A stretch of DNA of 29,162 bases from Oopsacas minuta (Eukaryota > Animalia > Porifera): NCBI GenBank assembly GCA_024704765.1, contig JAKMXF010000037.1:1-29162 (forward strand). The letters are read 5' to 3'. Below are positions 9,750-20,695 of this stretch, one piece after another. A model generated the notes under the pieces. The model ran no database searches, was not told the origin of the DNA, and saw only the letters and a program-made list of their open reading frames with translations. Position 1 is the stretch's first letter; every line of letters begins with the position of its first letter. The translations under genes and the position numbers were made by a program.

Positions 9750-11773
9750 ATATACGATTTAGTAATATTGTTACATCATAGAAAATCTAAATTTATAGTG
9801 AAAGTATGAATTAATCAAAGAAAACGAGTGAATGAAGTGATTACATCAATGTTATCTATAAATATTATATGTTTGGAAACTTAAAATAGAGCTTGAATAA
9901 CTTAAGCAACCTCGGTAGGTTACTTAACTTTTGTACTTAAGTACATACTTAAGTATGAGCTTAAATCTTAGTGAATACCAATCTTAGTGAATACGGTTTA
10001 AGTATGTACTTAGTACTTAAGTACTAAGTACATACTTAAGTATGCTTAGTGAATACGGCCCCATATTTTTGATTAATTATTCGAGATTCGAGAACCAAAT
10101 TAACAGACTTTGGACTTACACACTTCAGTACTTATATTATTCTCAAAGCCCCCTGTAATGATATTTATCATTATATTAATGGTAAATTTACGATATTAGG
10201 CTTAAATAGCACATATTTTAAGTCTCCCGCTTTTTAATCATCGACCTCCCGCTTTTAGGACAAACTTCCGCCAAAATGGCGAAGACCTCCCGCTTTTTTG
10301 TTTTGAGAGGTTGGCATCCCAGCTATATTCGTAATATTCTCATCAGTTTTATTTCAAATGCACGACTGAAGATGCTTTAAGGATTAACAATTTAATATTG
10401 ATCTAATATTGCCGTATTTATCACATTTTATACTTATCTTATTGTGAACTTAGTGCAAGTTTAGCAGCCCAAAATATACCCAATACTTTTCACAAACCCA
10501 TTTTTATCCTAGGTTGAAAGTCTGAGAGGATTAGTGATGATGTTCGAGTTGACCACCATAATGATTTTCCATTTTTTCATTCTTAGAGCAAAATTTATGG
10601 AACACCTAGTACATTCTTTGGTTCTATTTCTCCATTAATGACTTCCACGTATTCTGATTTACTATTTAACATTTTAACAGTCCTCTCAGTCTGAAATTCT
10701 CAACACAACCCTGAATCCTCGATGTATTAGGCGAATTTTTGACATCGAATCTATGCAACAATACTTGTGTAATTGCATTGAAGGGTAACGTTTCAAAAAT
10801 CACTGAATGCACGAAGACCTCTACAGAATACTCTATTACTTCGCATTTGGATTATCTACCATATCATTCAATAGTATTATTCCTACGTTTAACTGATGGT
10901 TTCAAGGTATCCCAAAATGTGGACGGGTTCCCTTTTTTGGCCCTCCATTTGATAGATAATGTCATGTATATATTCTAGATGAAGCTGTCCTTCGATTTTT
11001 GATCACTCATACGCAGTTTTCAAATATCTGGGTCGAATATTTCGAGAAAGCATATTATTATAAATATTTTTGCTTACACATAATTATGTGTAACTCCTCC
11101 AACCTTAACCCCACCATACACAGTGCAACTTGTTGCATGAAAACTTCAAATTATATCAAAGACAATAATTCACGCCTATTATGAATTTATGCGTCATTCT
11201 CAACCTTTTGGATATTCGAAAATCACATTATTAGCAACTGCTAAGCCAGTATAAATGATAGAAGTTTGAAATTTGAATCACAGGTACCCTAAATATACCA
11301 AATGTCCTGACGTCATGATTCTAACCAAAAGCTAAATCACCATGGAATTATTACGTCATCATGACTACAAATATTCAAATTTTTCCAAATTCGAAAGTTT
11401 TAGAATTTCTTGATACATGAAGCATGAAGTGCCGAGATTCTTAACCAAAAGCCACGTAAGATTTTCATTATTACCATGAAAGGTCATTAAATGGAACTTG
11501 GAAGGATCATGGATATAAATATTCACACAAATTTAACATCGAGGTAGGTAGAACTGAGGATATCCCGTCGCCTAGGGACCCAAAAGCACTGACAAATGTA
11601 GTTGTTTCATAGATTTTTAAAGTGAGGGACAAAGTTCAAGTATAATTCCGCCCTAGCAAGCGAAGCCCGATAGTATCCATATTATACGCCGATAATCGTT
11701 AAAATTCTTATCCAATCTGTATAACCAATTTATAGTAAATACCCGATTCCTATAGCCCCGGAATAAGGGATAC

Positions 11774-11833
11774 GGACAAATGACTGCATGGACAAATGAC
11801 TACGGACAAATGACTGCATAGACAAATGACTAC
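11774..11833. repeat. Four tandem GACAAATGACT units (30-bp higher-order period) at the left MULE end
   Basis: GGACAAATGACTGCAT and GGACAAATGACTAC alternate twice; the right end has only one copy. Confidence 0.9.
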
Positions 11834-11884
11834 ATGATAGTTGGAGAAATACAAGGATATGTAAAGCAAGGCTCCATACTAAAA

Positions 11885-12394
11885 TGAATGAAATTGTAAA
11901 GTGTACTGGAGAGCATCTTCATGGTCAGACATATTGGCTGTCAATTGCTTAGAAGTGAAGGATATAATGAAACTTAAAGCTCGTCAAACATATGACACAA
12001 CTCTTTGAGACGAATTGGAATAATTACTGGTACAACGGCTGCAAAACTACCAAAACTTGATAGCATGAAGCGTACCATTTGTAGAGAAAGGCAGGTACGA
12101 GATATAGCTCCCGTTCAACCAGAAAGTCTTCATGATCTTGCCATTCATCATGAGTTTACGATAACCGCTAAAGAGGAAAACTTTCTATTATATGATTCCG
12201 GTCCTGAACTAACCAGAATTCTAATATTTGGGACCCAGAAGAACTGTGAAATGCTAACATCCAATATTTGGCTAGCAGATGGAACTTTCAAAACAGCGCC
12301 TCAACTTTTGGCTCAAGTATATACAATACACGCGTTACGTGGAGGTCTAAACCCTCTACAAGATGGCCATCTTTTACCTTGCCTCTTTATACTA
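11885..12394 (+). pseudogene. MULE transposase fragment
   Basis: KLPKLDSMKRTI, FLLYDSG, RILIFGT, WLADGTFKTAPQLLAQVYTIHA, LPCLFIL are characteristic MULE DDE-domain motifs. The fragment is cut at the Tc1 insertion. Confidence 0.85.
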
Positions 12395-13940
12395 CACTGC
12401 GTGAACAAAAGTATTCACACCTTTTGATACTATGTTATGATATCATATATATAATTTATATGATTTCAAAATTACTGTGAATATACATTTTAAGATGCCA
12501 CCCAAGAAGGTAAATCCGTCAGTTGGCTTTAATATCAATAGGCGAATAAATCTGAATGTACTAGTAGAGCAGTCTCTAATATTTATAACTGTTTTATGTT
12601 CTTATGCATATGCTGAAAATAGCAACATTTAGAGGTTTGACATTCTATAATTGTACTCAAACCTTTAGATAAACCCCTATGATTCTTTCTGTTATTTATT
12701 ATAGTATTTTATTCGGTCACTCTGGTTATGACGAAAAAGAAAGAAATTTCCCAAGATGTTAGACAGCAGATTATTGGATTGAAAAAAGGTGGACATTCTT
12801 ACAATAGTATTTCTACAATATTATCTGTCCCTAAGTCGACAGTTCAGTCCATCATCATTCGATGGAAAACATCTGGGACCACTAACAATAAACCTCGTTC
12901 TGGGAGACCCAGTTTATTATCACCGCGAGCCCTCAGGAGACTTAAAGCGACTGTAAGAACGAACAGGTGGAAAACTTTATCCCATATCACTACCGAATTC
13001 AACCGATCTACTGTTACCAACCCCGTTTGTTCGAAGACTATTCGACGACGTCTGATGGATCTCGGATTACACCGCATATTCCGAAGAAAAAGCCCCTAAT
13101 ATCAGAAAAAATAGAGTAAACAGGTTAAAATTTTATAACTTACATGGTAGTTGGAGCATTGAGCAATGGAACAAGGTTATCTGGTCCGATGAAAGTAGAT
13201 TTAGACTATTTTATTCGGATGCGAGACAAAAAGTGTGGCGACAAACTAACGAACGCTATCTTCCAGAATGTCTCCGAAAAAGTATACAAGGAGATGGTGG
13301 TTCAATAATGGTTTGGGCTGTTTTATCGGAAACGTTCTTGGACCCTGTTATGTAGTTAATGAAAGAATGAATTCTTCACCTTATATTCAGAATATTTTGT
13401 CGAAATTTTACTCGTCTTTTTATCTTCAAATTTTAGAAAATTGCACCTCACCGATTTTTCAACAAGACAACGCCCCTGCGCATCGAGCCACACAAACTCA
13501 CAAATGGTTTCAACAGAAAGATGTACCAATAATGATCTGGCCTGCTCAAAGCCCCGACTGAAATCCCATAGAAAGTCTATGGGACACATTACAAAGGCAA
13601 ATCAATTCAAGACTAAAGAAGCCAACAACCCTACAAGAATTGAAAGAAATTCTTTTAGAAGAATGGTACAAAATACCCACAACCAAATTAGAAAATTTAG
13701 TGGAAAGTATGCCACGAAGGATGCTTGCTTTAAAAGAATCGAAGGGCATGCGAACAAGGTACTAAAGTTGGAACTATACCTCTCTTCTAATTATGATAGT
13801 ATTAGGATATATACATGAACTCATCTTCTAAATTTAGTCATAGTTGAGTGTGTAGTTTTAGTTTTCTGTACGTATGATATATATAATACATAGTAAATAT
13901 CTGTAATTTGAGGGGTACGAATACTTTTGTTCACGCAGTG
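12395..13940 (+). mobile_element. Tc1-family transposon, full length, inactivated
   Basis: Perfect 22-bp TIR CACTGCGTGAACAAAAGTATTC at both ends. TA at 12393-12394 and 13941-13942. Confidence 0.95.
12728..13765 (+). pseudogene. Tc1 transposase (DD34E) with frameshifts and a nonsense codon
   Basis: Paired-type HTH with RSGRP linker, WSDES, FQQDNAPAH, WPAQSPD*NPIE with 34 residues between the second D and E. Frameshifts near 13090-13110 and 13318; TGA at 13559-13561. Confidence 0.92.
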
Positions 13941-14539
13941 TATTACATAATAAGGATATACTACTATGATATTCTATCATTACTTATGCATTATTACTTC
14001 GTCTTTTGTTATTTTGACAAATTATGAATTTAGTAGAATATATATTCACATCACTTTAAATCAGTAGAAAACATGTATCTATATCACAAAGTACCGGAAT
14101 TGTCAGATTTATCATGTGGTGTCATTTGTCTGTATCCCCGGAATAATATCACTATTTGTATCAATTGTATGGTTCTGTTGCTCTATTATGCGGAGTATAT
14201 TGTATAATCACACAACTGACAAATGGTACGTATTTTACCGCATATTTCTCTGTTTGTAAATCAGATGACGTCATCTCGACCTGACATAAGTTTGATCATT
14301 TAGCTAGTATTAAATATTCATTATCATTAATATATCTATTCGAGTCAAAATGTACCAATTATATTTTTTCCAGAATAACAGAATTGGCTATCAAATACAG
14401 AGCATTAACGCTCTTCAATTGTTGGAGCTAGAGTTGGAATCGGGTCCACTTTTCAGAACCCAACCCGACACGAACCCGAAGTGTAAATATGTATAGAAAT
14501 TAACTGAATTTCCTCTAAAATATATGTTATGTTGACATT

Positions 14540-14660
14540 TTAACTAATACGAGCCTTTTGGCTCGTCGCATCGCAATGAACTCGGCGCATTGCGCCCCTC
14601 GAGATATCCATTATTGTCCAAATTGACGGCCCCTTTGATTAACATAACATAGAATATAGA
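14540..14660. repeat. Hairpin-bearing repeat end, possibly a non-autonomous Crypton- or Helitron-type element
   Basis: ACGAGCC-TTTT-GGCTCGT stem-loop at 14549-14566 next to a GC-rich ACTCGGCGCATTGCGCCCCTC segment in AT-rich DNA. The classification is pattern recall only. Confidence 0.3.
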
Positions 14661-15914
14661 TAAATTTAGAACAATGTAATTCACGAATATACGTATATTG
14701 CATGTATAATATTGAATTATTTTGTAAGATCAAACCCCTTTGTAGCCATTGAGAACAAGCATCTACCTAAAATTTTGAAATTTTGATAATTTGTTTACTT
14801 TATATTCATAAAAACAACAATAAATTTACATATGATTAATCCAAAAGTGTGAAAATCGGATTCAGCATGTTCGATATATTTAGTGAAGTTTTATTGAATT
14901 ATATTTCCTTCCTTGATAAACACGAGAAATACATAGTTATGTGACAATGTCAAAATTGGATACCGTAAATCCTTTCCTTGACAACAGGCAAACAACAATA
15001 GAGATTTAATTATATTGATTAGTCAAACAAGAATATTTAAACAAAAATAGAATTCAATCATTGAATTTTTAAAATTACGCACAAAGTCCGAACTGATCAA
15101 CTTCGACTCCGATTCTAACTCACAATCTGAACCAGAACCCGATTCCAACTCTGGTTAGAGTGCGCTCCCACCTCCGCTCCTTACTCAGAAAAGGAGCGGA
15201 CTCGAACCCGCTCAAATCAAAATGGACCGTGCTCCAATTCATTCTTTCAGATTTACATTAGATTTGCATTTGAAGTAATTAGGAATGAATTTAACAATTG
15301 TAGATTCAGGAAATTGCTAATTGCGCAATGTCAAACCATTTCAATAAATTATAGATTATACAAAAGTGTCTTATCATCATCTTTGTATAGCAAAGAATAC
15401 TAAAGTTAATACAGAATAACAATGAAAATTGTTAATTGTTTGCAATTGAATAGAAGCGCTCCACTTTCCTTTCCTGAATCATAAATCAAGCGTGTTACTG
15501 TAATACTCTGAGTGTAATAAGAATGTGATACAAAAGGTACTATTAGGTCAAGGCTGAATTGCTAATCCTTAAAGTATCTCCAGTAGTACTTTGAGGCGAT
15601 CGCGGGTCCTACATCTAACCTGGAGACGTTGTCAGTTTTTTTCTAAGAAATACATTATCTCTAATGATAAGCGTCCTTATCACACTTCCTTTTTTGGCAA
15701 AACAACACTGTGCATCTCCCTAAAGGAGAGGAACATTAATCGCAAAACTAGAAATCAAGGGATAGTCCGGGCTTATGGCTTATTGGCATCCTCTAAAGTC
15801 TCAACAATAAGGAATAATACAAAATATGGAAAGAGTATAATTTGTTCAAATATAACAAAAATTATTCTAAAGCGAACATGAATGATTGAATGAATATTAG
15901 TAAAATAGAAATTA

Positions 15915-16771
15915 TCAATATATATTGAGATGAGCTCCAATACAAACTAGAATAACTCTTCCTGTGGTATCTACTGTAATACCGGTAGGATAAGCTATAG
16001 GTATCTGGTGTATCAAATCAAATTGAGAGTTGAATATTGAAATGGAGCCAGAAGAAGAGATATCAGTATAATCTATAATAAGAATATTGTTAGAATTGTC
16101 AATATAGAAGGACCATGGATTTTTCAGCTGTAATTGATCTAGAAATCTAGAAATAATACTCTTATGTAGAATGAGATTATAGTTGTACAGATGAAGACAA
16201 GGATTAGATCGATCAAGAATATATATGAATTCTTTTGTAAGTTTAACATCAAGAGGAGATTCGAGGTTATCTTGTCCAAACTGTGTCTTGTAGGTAAGTT
16301 CCTTAGACAGTATCTGAATACGATTATTATGAGAATCACATATGTATACCTCATTGTTTGATTCATCAAATGTCAGACCGCGAGGATATTGAAATTCCAA
16401 ATCTCCTTTCCCCAGTTTGCCTATTCTAGAACTAAACTTTCCATTCACTCGATAATTCAGAATACAATGGCTAGTTTGTGGATTAGAATTCTATCTCTAC
16501 ACATTGCTAACCCAATTGGACCATACATCTTTCCTTCTCCTTCCTCATCTCCAAATTTAAACATAATCTTGCCATTACAATCGAATACTTTGACACAATT
16601 ATTCCCCCAATCTGCTACATAGATATCTCCTGTAGGATTATCAATAGTCACTCCAAATGGGTAATCAAGATTTTCTAGCCTCCTTCCCCCTTTCCACACA
16701 CTGACTATAGGTTGTATCTTGCTCTTATAGTCTACAGAGAATATTCTCTCTAAAGTATTAGCTGTAGCCAT
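15915..16771 (-). pseudogene. NHL-repeat protein, inverted paralog of 6036-6896 with a 1-bp deletion
   Basis: Same N-terminus (MATANTLERIFSVDYKSKIQPIVSV) and collinear throughout. One missing base near 16480 joins the ORF-track pieces 16457..16804 and 15915..16448. Confidence 0.9.
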
Positions 16772-16866
16772 TAGTTCAGTTCTGTAACTAGAATAATGAA
16801 ACAATTCAAATAATATAACTTATCTATTTGACTATAAGTAATGAGCTCTAACTATAAATACAAATC

Positions 16867-16924
16867 AATACAGAGACCTATACAGAGACCTATACAGAGA
16901 CCTATACAGAGACCTATACAGAGA
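16867..16924. repeat. 12-bp minisatellite, 5 units, reverse complement of 5811-5940
   Basis: ATACAGAGACCT four times plus ATACAGAGA, at the same position relative to the NHL start. Confidence 0.95.
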
Positions 16925-16969
16925 GATATCAAATTTCTATCATTAAATGAATTTACATAGAATACAGTA

Positions 16970-17371
16970 TAGTCAACTCTGCTTAATTGGGACACATCTG
17001 TTCCAGGCCTTTTGTCCCGATTAAGCGGAGAAATCATGTTAATTATAATATAGCAGGGATTCTTTATTTTTCAGTCACAGACCCCATAGTTGCATAAAGC
17101 AATATATCCACTGTATGATTGAGCCATTCCCACCCATTACATACGCATTGTGCGTGAACTACGTTGTTCCCTGTTTAATAAGCGGAAATTTTGTCCATTC
17201 ACCTATACTTTGCTAGAATTTGCTTAGATCAAGTGGACTTTCTTTTCATTGAGTCAATAGTTTTCACTCGATTACCAGAGTTTGTCCCGATTAACTGAAA
17301 ATATTTAGCATTAACTTCAATGGAGATGATTCCGTTCCTGGAGATTTGTCCTAATTAAGCGGAGTTGACTG
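16970..17371. mobile_element. pogo/Tigger-like MITE, about 400 bp
   Basis: TIR (C/T)AGTCAACTC(C/T)GCTTAATT(A/G)GGACA. TA at 16968-16969 and 17372-17373. Internal TGTCCCGATTAA repeats. An empty site is seen in the paralog near 5773-5774. Confidence 0.9.
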
Positions 17372-18518
17372 TATATTCTTCTATTCTTATATGAATATTT
17401 GATATGGTAGTCCTCGCTTGTCCTCCCATGCGATACATAGAGCCACTTAAGGTTTGAAATGTGAATTTCCTTGATTCTCATTAACGCAGAATACTCTATG
17501 AGAAATTCTTTGGGATTCCCACGTGGGATTTCTCACATGGGAATCGTTCCTATTTCCCACAAGATATCCATAAGATTCCTTCTCATTCCTAATTCAATCC
17601 GAGGGACGTCTCCACGGGGGTATGGTGGGCTATACCCCCCCTGGCAAGATCTCGTGCTCCAGGGCATCCATTGGCTCAATATGCAAACTTCAAAATTTCG
17701 CCTCCCTTTGCTCGCATAACAATTAGAAATGTCAACTCATGGGAATATACAAATGTAACTAAAGGTCAATTATCAATATTCGAAATACAACTAATAACTA
17801 ATTCTGTAATCTTGTTACGAATAACTGTAGTAGTTTCTGGAGAGTTAGAAGTGGGGTTTAAGTGATGGATTAAGTTATACGTCTGCGGTATGTCTCCCAT
17901 TCCTGTGGTTTTTCCTCCTTGATCTGGTGTCAGTGTAAGTCGAGGGAGCGGTTAGACAAAACGATATAGTGCGATACTGCATTAGGGAGATTACCACCCT
18001 TAACTTCGAGAAGTGGGGGACTTGGATCGCAACAGGTGTTCCATTTGTATTGCCCGTGAATTCATCAAATATAAGAACCCGTTCGAACGAGTACCCTTCA
18101 AACAGCGCTCTTTAGGAGGTTTCTTGTAGAAGGATTGTCCGAATCCACGCAGGGTTGTAACAGTTATTCCAAGTCATGTGGAGCCACACATATACAACAC
18201 TTGGGATTGGGCTGCATGGCTTTGAGTTTGAATCTATGAACTCGTACTCTTCTGGCTGCTCCCAGATGAGATCAAAAGAGGATGCTCCTTCGACGAGTCG
18301 CTGAGATATATATTACGCTTTCTTCGGATTTTGGACGGCGGGGGAGATCCTCTTTGGATTTGGTAACTCGTGGGGTATTTCCCCACTGGTCATACGACGA
18401 GCCCATTTGAGTATAGCCAATGGCTGCATCGACATGGTGTATTTCTGTAAGTAATGAAAAATATACAACCAGACATAATCTGTCGGATGAATCATACTAT
18501 TGCGGACAGGGTTATTCC

Positions 18519-18571
18519 AATAGGCAGAAACTAGCATCAAGCATAAAACTTGATGCTAGTTTCTGCCTATT
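18519..18571. repeat. Perfect 23-bp inverted repeat with a 7-nt loop
   Basis: AATAGGCAGAAACTAGCATCAAG - CATAAAA - CTTGATGCTAGTTTCTGCCTATT. Confidence 0.95.
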
Positions 18572-19079
18572 TGAATTATTTCACATCGCACTGCACTGTT
18601 TGGCCAAGTGATCCTATCTACAGTGTGGCACTTTAGCATATTCTGGACCATTATAACAACGATGCAATTGGGCTTTGCTATACTGTCTCTCAATAATTAA
18701 TGGCCCTCACACCAACAGTCATGTGAAATTCCATAAGATAATATTTCATTATTTTCAACTTACTCAGGGACGTGGCAAAGAGTAGTAAAGGACCTAGAAT
18801 TCAATGCTGAGGTTTTTAGACGAGGATTTAATATAGAATCGTTTGGCAAGAATGGATTGGGGAGTCGACTGTGTATAATGTACTGAAAGCATTTTTGTCT
18901 ACTTTCTCTTTGTCTAATTTGAAAATTTCTATTACCTATTTCTGTTAGAATTACTTTGATCAATCTCCTCCTACAAAGCGCCTTCAAAGAACTCTAAATA
19001 ATTCACAATCTGAAGAAAATTATATTATTGAAGTAGCTCTCGCAGCACTGAGACTGGGCCCGCTATTAATACGATAGCC

Positions 19080-19900
19080 TCTTCTAGCAGTGATTCTGGC
19101 GAGATTAGAATTCCAGATATTTGACCTCCCGATATGTGGAAAAGTAAACAAAAGGATTACTCATGGATATTTTGCAAAGATGGCACTCTGGGGCTTTGAA
19201 TATGCCAGAAAGTGTCTCGTCTATCCTTGCATAAGAGAAGAGGTGTTTATATCACTACAGAATTGTCTGAAGGTCTTGTTAACTATTATGGTGATACAAA
19301 AGGAGCAAGATTGAAATCATTAGGTAAGAAAATTGTTCGACACTAAACTTCTCACGCACACACTATTTTAGAAGAAAGCATTCCAATTGCAGAAAAGTCC
19401 TGTATTGACCGCACATAGATAATTTGAAACATTTACAATTAGAGGACATTAAACGAATTTTTCAAACAGCTTACAATCTTGCCAAGAATAATTGACCGTA
19501 TACAGATCATCCGATTTGGTTGAGCTACAACTGTTGAATTCACTGATCTTGGGGTAGATCTTCATTCCCGCTATTCTGCGACAGAAATCATTGATCACAT
19601 AACTTCCAAATGAGACTTAAGATTTGTCCCCGTAGACAAGAAATTAAAGGGAAAATAGCGTTAATTATTAATGAATCAACTACTATATCAAATATTCTAC
19701 ACTAGTAGTTTATCTAAAGTGCGAAACTTCGAAGCTAGTAAGTCCGCAATTCATGTTTTTGGATATCATTGACTGGCAAAGCAGGATGCCTTAACTATCC
19801 TGGGTAGTCTACTGAATTGTATGGAGAGTACGGGTGTGCTTCTGCGTACAGTATTACATAACATTGCTCTAATTGTTTATTAATGTTTTCTTACAGCAAA
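19080..19900 (+). pseudogene. Degenerate hAT transposase (KIAA1586-like)
   Basis: Across frames: WKSKQKDYSWIFCKDG, SLGKKIVRH, LHSRYSATEIIDHI, (D/N)ESTTIS..LVVYLK. Many stops and shifts. Confidence 0.7.
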
Positions 19901-20695
19901 ACAGTCCAATAGTCTTCTCCGTTTCTTTCTATATACACTTGATTATAATACTTTACTGTCCTCAATCTATGTTCGTATGTATAGTTGCTCTGTTCTCTTT
20001 TTGATTATCTAAAAACATATTTTCGGCATTTCTAAGTTACCTACACCAGACATACCCGGAACGCTTTCCTTTCAACCTCTATAGCAATATAGAACAGCTG
20101 ATCCAAAGGTAGGCAAACACTATATTATCATATCATAATATTGCTCATTCGTATCTACGTATTCAGTATTTGTGGGTGACATGGTAATAACTAATAAGAT
20201 AAATATTTTGGTTACGAATTTATTCGAATTTCACACGTGGACACATGAGACAAATATTAATATCGTAAAATTCAATTTATCTATGAAATGTTCTCCGCTG
20301 AGCCTTTTCTATAAACTCTAATATTCTTCAATTATATTACATCTACGTATTCTTTTCTCAAGTTGGGAATTATGGAAATTCAATATAATCAATATCCTAA
20401 GTTGACTATTTCATTGAAAAGATTGGTTGCACATTTAGCCTTGTAAATCACAGAATATTTTATCACAACACTTTTCAAGCATTTCTTTTTACTTCTCACA
20501 TACGTAGTAATCAATCATCTCAATTTTGTCGAGAAATCAATAAATATCAGGTAATACCTCAGAAATGACTTTTCATAATTCTACCCGCGAATATTATATG
20601 TACTACCTTTCGGCTGGATAACTACCATTGTATCCCACTCTAGAAATTTGTAGAGACTACAAGATATTCATATTCTAATATGATTTACAAGATGT

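Larger units (their letters stand above)
7220..10061 (+). mobile_element. Full-length PIF/Harbinger DNA transposon with two intact ORFs
   Basis: TIR GCCGTATTCACTAAGCATACTTA is a perfect 23-bp match (7222-7244, 10037-10059) and extends further with a 12-bp indel. 3-bp direct repeat CAT at 7217-7219 and 10062-10064. Subterminal TACTTAAGTA palindrome arrays. Encodes a transposase and a Myb/SANT protein. Confidence 0.93.
7084..10322. mobile_element. Non-autonomous TIR element (about 0.4 kb: 7084-7219 plus 10062-10322) split by the Harbinger insertion
   Basis: Left end CAGGGTTGCCAAC, right end GTTGGCATCCCAG (11/13 inverted match). Same-orientation CTCCCG motifs cluster at both ends. CTATA flanks both sides (7079-7083, 10323-10327). 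Confidence 0.7.
11767..14138 (+). mobile_element. Mutator-like (MULE) deletion derivative interrupted by a Tc1 element
   Basis: TIRs GGGATACGGACAAATGAC and GTCATTTGTCTGTATCCC. Direct repeat CGGAATAA at 11759-11766 and 14139-14146 (9 bp if one C is assigned to the TSD). Internal MULE transposase fragment. Confidence 0.88.

Noticed and set aside
10700-11100. Possible LINE ORF2 remnant on the minus strand (KKGNPSTFWDTLK)
   Set aside because: One short motif only, with no RT or endonuclease motifs nearby.
15591-15881. 97-codon ORF and other short shadow ORFs (e.g. 123..368, 6297..6587, 9122..9424, 21569..21835)
   Set aside because: No motifs; most are antisense or alternate-frame shadows of better-supported genes.
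17517-17645. Palindrome TCCCACGTGGGA and a hAT-like GC-rich end (GAGGGACGTCTCCACGGGGG)
   Set aside because: No partner end or TSD identified, so it cannot be delimited or classified.
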